Source of the DNA: an uncultured Bacilli bacterium
GTDB taxonomy: Bacteria; Bacillota_I; Bacilli_A; RF39; UBA660
NCBI GenBank assembly: GCA_949505625.1
Contig: CATBQD010000006.1
Coordinates: forward strand, 3,495-67,494
Length of the DNA stretch: 64,000 nt
Reading direction: 5' to 3'
Shown: one piece after another, positions 60,427 to 64,000 of the stretch
Numbering within the stretch: the stretch's first letter is position 1
Layout: each line of letters begins with the position of its first letter
Position numbers and translations under genes: made by a program
Notes under the pieces: generated by a model
Database searches by the model: none
Told to the model about the DNA's origin: nothing
Seen by the model: the letters and a program-made list of their open reading frames with translations, nothing else

Positions 60427-61049
60427 TATACAAGCACCTCCTCAATTGCTTTTACTGCCGCTTCGCTAATAATCATGTTATCTGCTGCAACAATATCTAA
60501 TGTGTTGATTTCAGATGCTTCTAGTAAAACAACATTTGATAAATTACGAGTTCCTAAAATAACATTGTCATTTAATTCTTCAACTACGATTAATGTTTTA
60601 CCTTCTGCTTTTAAATTTGCTAAGATATTTTTCATATCTTTTGTTTTGTTTGTTTCCGCGATAAAGTTATCTACAATAATTAGTTCTTTATCTAATACTT
60701 TATAAGATAGAGCTGATTTTAAAGCTAATCTTCTTTCTTTTCTGTTCATTTTCTTACTATAACTTCTTGGATGTGGTCCGAATACAATACCACCTTTAAT
60801 CCAATGAGGTGCACGAGTACTTCCTTGACGAGCGCGTCCTGTACCTTTTTGTTTCCATGGTTTTCTACCTCCACCACTTACTTCACTACGAGTTTTAGTG
60901 TCAGCGGTACCTTGTCTTAAAGAATTTCTTGTTAATGTAATTGCATCATATAATACAGCATCGTTTGGAGTTATTCCCCATACTGTTTCGTTTAAGGTAA
61001 TATCTTTTACTTTTTCACCTTTTATATTTAATACAGATAATTTTTCCAT
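60426..61049 (-). CDS. rplD: 50S ribosomal protein L4
   Basis: [26 protein letters not shown]. Confidence 0.98.
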   Translation of the reverse strand: MEKLSVLNIKGEKVKDITLNETVWGITPNDAVLYDAITLTRNSLRQGTADTKTRSEVSGGGRKPWKQKGTGRARQGSTRAPHWIKGGIVFGPHPRSYSKKMNRKERRLALKSALSYKVLDKELIIVDNFIAETNKTKDMKNILANLKAEGKTLIVVEELNDNVILGTRNLSNVVLLEASEINTLDIVAADNMIISEAAVKAIEEVLV

Positions 61050-61060
61050 ATTCTTCCTCC

Positions 61061-61828
61061 TTACTCAGCAACTTCAGTAGTTTCTTCTGTAACTGTTTCT
61101 GATTCAACTTCTACAGTTTCTTCTACTTCTGTACTTTCTGGATTCTCAGGTGTTTCTACAGTAACGTAAGAGATCAATTCTTCTCTTGCGTTTATTTTAT
61201 CAGGATTCTTTACAGCTGATTCAATAATTACTAATGAATTTTTAGCTCCTGGAACATTACCTTTGATTAAAATTACATTATTTTCTACATCAATAGCAAC
61301 AACTTCTAAATTTTGAATTGTTACTGTTAATTGTCCCATATGTCCTGGTAATTTTTTACCTTTGAATACACGCATTGGTCTCATAGTTCCCATTGAACCT
61401 GGTTTTCTATGATAATGTGACCCGTGTCCCATAGGTCCACGACTTTGTCCGTGACGTTTAATAACACCTTGGAAACCTTTTCCTTTTGTTACACCTGTAA
61501 CATCAACAACTTCTCCTTCTACAAAAGTATCAACTTTGATTTCTTGTCCTAAAGAATAGTTGTTTACATCTACACCTCTAATTTCTCTAAAGAAGCGCTT
61601 AGGTGTAGTGTTCGCTTTATTGGTATGGCCAATAGAAGCTTTTGTCGCTAACTTTTCTCTCTTTGTATCAAAACCAAGTTGAATTGCTTCATAACCATCG
61701 TTTTCTATAGTTTTAATTTGCGTTACCACATTTGGCTCTACAGAAACAACTGTTACTGGAATCAATTTACCTGATTGTGTAAATACTTGAGTCATTCCAA
61801 TTTTACGACCTAAGATTCCTTTTTTCAT
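61061..61828 (-). CDS. rplC: 50S ribosomal protein L3 with acidic C-terminal extension
   Basis: [22 protein letters not shown]; E/T/V-rich tail. Confidence 0.98.
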   Translation of the reverse strand: MKKGILGRKIGMTQVFTQSGKLIPVTVVSVEPNVVTQIKTIENDGYEAIQLGFDTKREKLATKASIGHTNKANTTPKRFFREIRGVDVNNYSLGQEIKVDTFVEGEVVDVTGVTKGKGFQGVIKRHGQSRGPMGHGSHYHRKPGSMGTMRPMRVFKGKKLPGHMGQLTVTIQNLEVVAIDVENNVILIKGNVPGAKNSLVIIESAVKNPDKINAREELISYVTVETPENPESTEVEETVEVESETVTEETTEVAE

Positions 61829-61843
61829 ATCTTTTTCCTCCTA

Positions 61844-62152
61844 TTATAATTTAATCTGAATATCAACACCACTTGGAATATCTAAATGAGTTAATGCCTC
61901 AATAGTCTCCTTACTTGGATTATTGATATCAATAAGTCTTTTGTGTGTTCTTTTTTCAAATTGTTCACGAGAATCTTTATATTTGTGAACAGCTCTTAAG
62001 ATAGTGATTTTTTCTACTTCTGTCGGAAGTGGAATTGGACCACTTACTTCTCCACCAGTTCTCTTTACAGTCTCAACGATTTTTGCGCAAGCTGTATCTA
62101 AACTTTTGTGTTCAAATGCTTTCAATTTGATGCGAACTTTTGTCTTAGACAT
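61844..62152 (-). CDS. rpsJ: 30S ribosomal protein S10
   Basis: [25 protein letters not shown]; true start ATG 62152 after GAGGAGG. Confidence 0.98.
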   Translation of the reverse strand: MSKTKVRIKLKAFEHKSLDTACAKIVETVKRTGGEVSGPIPLPTEVEKITILRAVHKYKDSREQFEKRTHKRLIDINNPSKETIEALTHLDIPSGVDIQIKL

Positions 62153-62275
62153 ATTTATATCCTCCTCTCGCCTATATCCAGTATAGACTTGCTCCGTGTA
62201 AAAACCTGAATTCCCTTTTCGTTTTTTAAACAACTCTCCCGGGTGTTTCAGCAACCTCACACATCAATGCATGCC
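62153..62275 (-). promoter_or_regulatory. S10 operon 5' leader RNA
   Basis: GAGGTTGCTGA.ACACCCGG...CAGGTTTTT...CACGGAG...GTCTA...TAGGCGA resembles the Bacilli rpsJ leader as recalled. Confidence 0.7.
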
Positions 62276-62286
62276 ACACATTCAAA

Positions 62287-62315
62287 AGTATACACGATAA
62301 TTGTATGAAAAGCAA
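62287..62315 (-). promoter_or_regulatory. SigA promoter of S10 operon
   Basis: TTGCTT-17 bp-TATACT on the minus strand. Confidence 0.7.
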
Positions 62316-62391
62316 CACTTTTTTATGATTTTCGTGAATTTTTTCCGCTTCTTTTATGTAAAGTAAAAAAAGAAAGTTTTTATTTCTTTCT

Positions 62392-63978
62392 TTACTTTGT
62401 ATTAATTCTTTTCCAAATTGTTTTTGATACTTTCAATATTTCATTTTTCTTATTTTGAAATAAATTTTCACCAAATAATTTATGAAAAACATTTTCTATA
62501 TGTTCTGTTAATTCTTTTTCCGTTTTTAGCTTACTTAATTTAGTAGTAATCTTTTTTATTTCTAAACTATATTCATCTTCTAAATTACCATCTTTCTTTA
62601 ACCCAAGCGGATTCCAGCTATTGATTTCTTCCGTAACTATTTTATCCTTTTCTGTTTTGGTTAATTTTGTTTTTTTCTTTGCTTGTTTTGGCTTACAATC
62701 TTTTAATATACCATCTATGATTTTTTCTACAAGAATTTGATTGCTAATTTCATATTTCATTTCAAAACACTTTTTCCACTCTTTTTCCTGTTTAACTTTT
62801 GCTTTTTCTACCACAAATAATTCATTTTCATATTTTATCCTAAAATACTGATTTTGATATTCATAAAATGAAATAATATCTTTTTTCCTATTGAATCCTT
62901 TTCTTATTAATTGAAGCTTTAATAATTTTAAAACTTGTTCACTATTTATCTTTCTCTTTTCTTTTTCTAATGGTTTTCGAACTAGGTTTTTATATTCTGC
63001 CGCTATTGCGCCTACTTTTTTATAATTTTCTTGTGCTTCTTTAAGCGTCATTTTATTAACTCCAATAATTTCTGTGTTATGATTTTGTTCACTATTATTT
63101 TTCCAGTAACAGACTGGACATGGTTCATTATAATAATTAATTAAGTATCCTTCTATTGTATTATTTTCACAACAAGCACACTTAAATTTTTTCTTTTCAT
63201 ATTTTCTACTATATCCAAAGCATTCCCTAAACAATTTCCTTCCAACATAATTATGAAACTTAAATGTTCTTTCTCTATAAAATTCATTCCAATAGCTTGT
63301 CATCTTTGAATAACTTTTACAAAGCTGTCCTTTATTTTTTTTGGCGAATTCTTTTATTGCATCATTTTTTTTGTTTTTTAAAAACGAATATATAATAGCA
63401 ACTATTTCATATACATATTCTTCACTTAATTTTAATATATATGGAAATTCCCATTCTTGAAGTTCTGTTTCTAATATTTTCTTAATATACTTTTCACGAA
63501 TATACCCATTATAATGTCTTGTATAAATACAATATAACATTTGTTTTTCTTTTGAAGTTAATAAATTCTCATCCACTTCCTCTAATTCGATTCGATATGG
63601 AACAGTTATCGTTTCTTTTGCCAATTGATAAGTTGTATTTTGTTCGCTAACTTTCAAATCTTCTATTCCGAGTTTTCTTGTTAGGCTAAACCATTCTTCT
63701 TTCAAACTTTTTGGAAAACATTCAGAAAAATTTAGAAAAATTGGATTTGGTTTTTTTGGTTCTTCTTTTTCTTTAAAAATCAATTTATTTATTGGCTCAT
63801 TTTCTTTTATATTCTGTTCTTTTTTTTTATTTGTAGTATCAAGTTTGTATTCTGATACAAACCAACATAAAATAACAAATGAGATGATAATTAAACCAAT
63901 TGCTAAAATTATTTCATTGCCAACTCTGTCAGTTCCACATAATAGCATATAAATTGTCAAATCAACCGCAGTTAACAT
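62392..63978 (-). CDS. Multidomain membrane protein: TM + unknown helical domain + CPCC Cys-rich domain + DUF1871-like domain; probably 5'-truncated by the window edge
   Basis: RHYNGYIREK; CACC...CPVCYW...N.MTLKEAQENY; IN.WNPLGL...DEY..EI; frame stays open to 64000. Confidence 0.65.
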   Translation of the reverse strand: MLTAVDLTIYMLLCGTDRVGNEIILAIGLIIISFVILCWFVSEYKLDTTNKKKEQNIKENEPINKLIFKEKEEPKKPNPIFLNFSECFPKSLKEEWFSLTRKLGIEDLKVSEQNTTYQLAKETITVPYRIELEEVDENLLTSKEKQMLYCIYTRHYNGYIREKYIKKILETELQEWEFPYILKLSEEYVYEIVAIIYSFLKNKKNDAIKEFAKKNKGQLCKSYSKMTSYWNEFYRERTFKFHNYVGRKLFRECFGYSRKYEKKKFKCACCENNTIEGYLINYYNEPCPVCYWKNNSEQNHNTEIIGVNKMTLKEAQENYKKVGAIAAEYKNLVRKPLEKEKRKINSEQVLKLLKLQLIRKGFNRKKDIISFYEYQNQYFRIKYENELFVVEKAKVKQEKEWKKCFEMKYEISNQILVEKIIDGILKDCKPKQAKKKTKLTKTEKDKIVTEEINSWNPLGLKKDGNLEDEYSLEIKKITTKLSKLKTEKELTEHIENVFHKLFGENLFQNKKNEILKVSKTIWKRINTK

Positions 63979-64000
63979 AATTGCTAATAAAACGAATGAG

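Noticed and set aside
53549-62186. Many plus-strand ORFs across the ribosomal operon, and similar antisense ORFs elsewhere
   Set aside because: They are antisense shadows of conserved minus-strand genes with no RBS or motifs
62153-62260. 36-aa N-terminal extension of S10 in the ORF track
   Set aside because: It overlaps the conserved leader RNA; the strong RBS precedes ATG 62152
1-64000. CRISPR array
   Set aside because: No run of regularly spaced repeats was seen by eye; the only sizeable non-coding direct repeat noticed has two copies 1.2 kb apart

Overview
Very AT-rich chromosomal window from a Bacillota/Bacilli organism. The gene content suggests an uncultured reduced-genome lineage such as RF39: Bacillus-type S10-spc-alpha cluster without rpmD or rpsD, cdaA-cdaR, and cwlD/cwlJ/ydcC-like sporulation genes. 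This taxonomy is an inference. 1-16.5 kb holds host genes plus a small accessory operon (HAD nucleotidase, PLP-aminotransferase-GNAT fusion, EVE-like/DUF3883 nuclease). About 16.5-36.7 kb is a ~20 kb integrative element ending at tRNA-Trp(CCA). It encodes a large serine recombinase, a resolvase, an HUH Rep-like protein, XRE regulators and a class III Fic, with no recognisable capsid or T4SS genes. Its core is a retron-type reverse transcriptase with a structured upstream ncRNA. The retron is embedded among truncated or apparently inactivated replisome parts: a stand-alone PolC OB domain, a mini-PolC lacking catalytic aspartates, three DnaB ATPase-domain fragments and a tailless SSB. This retron/replisome-fragment cluster is the best candidate for an undescribed system. 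36.9-48 kb holds host genes (cwlJ-like, htrA, Abi_2/AbiF-like, cwlD-like, RluA-family). 48.1-62.3 kb is the ribosomal protein superoperon with its leader. All family assignments come from motif recognition by eye; no database search was run.
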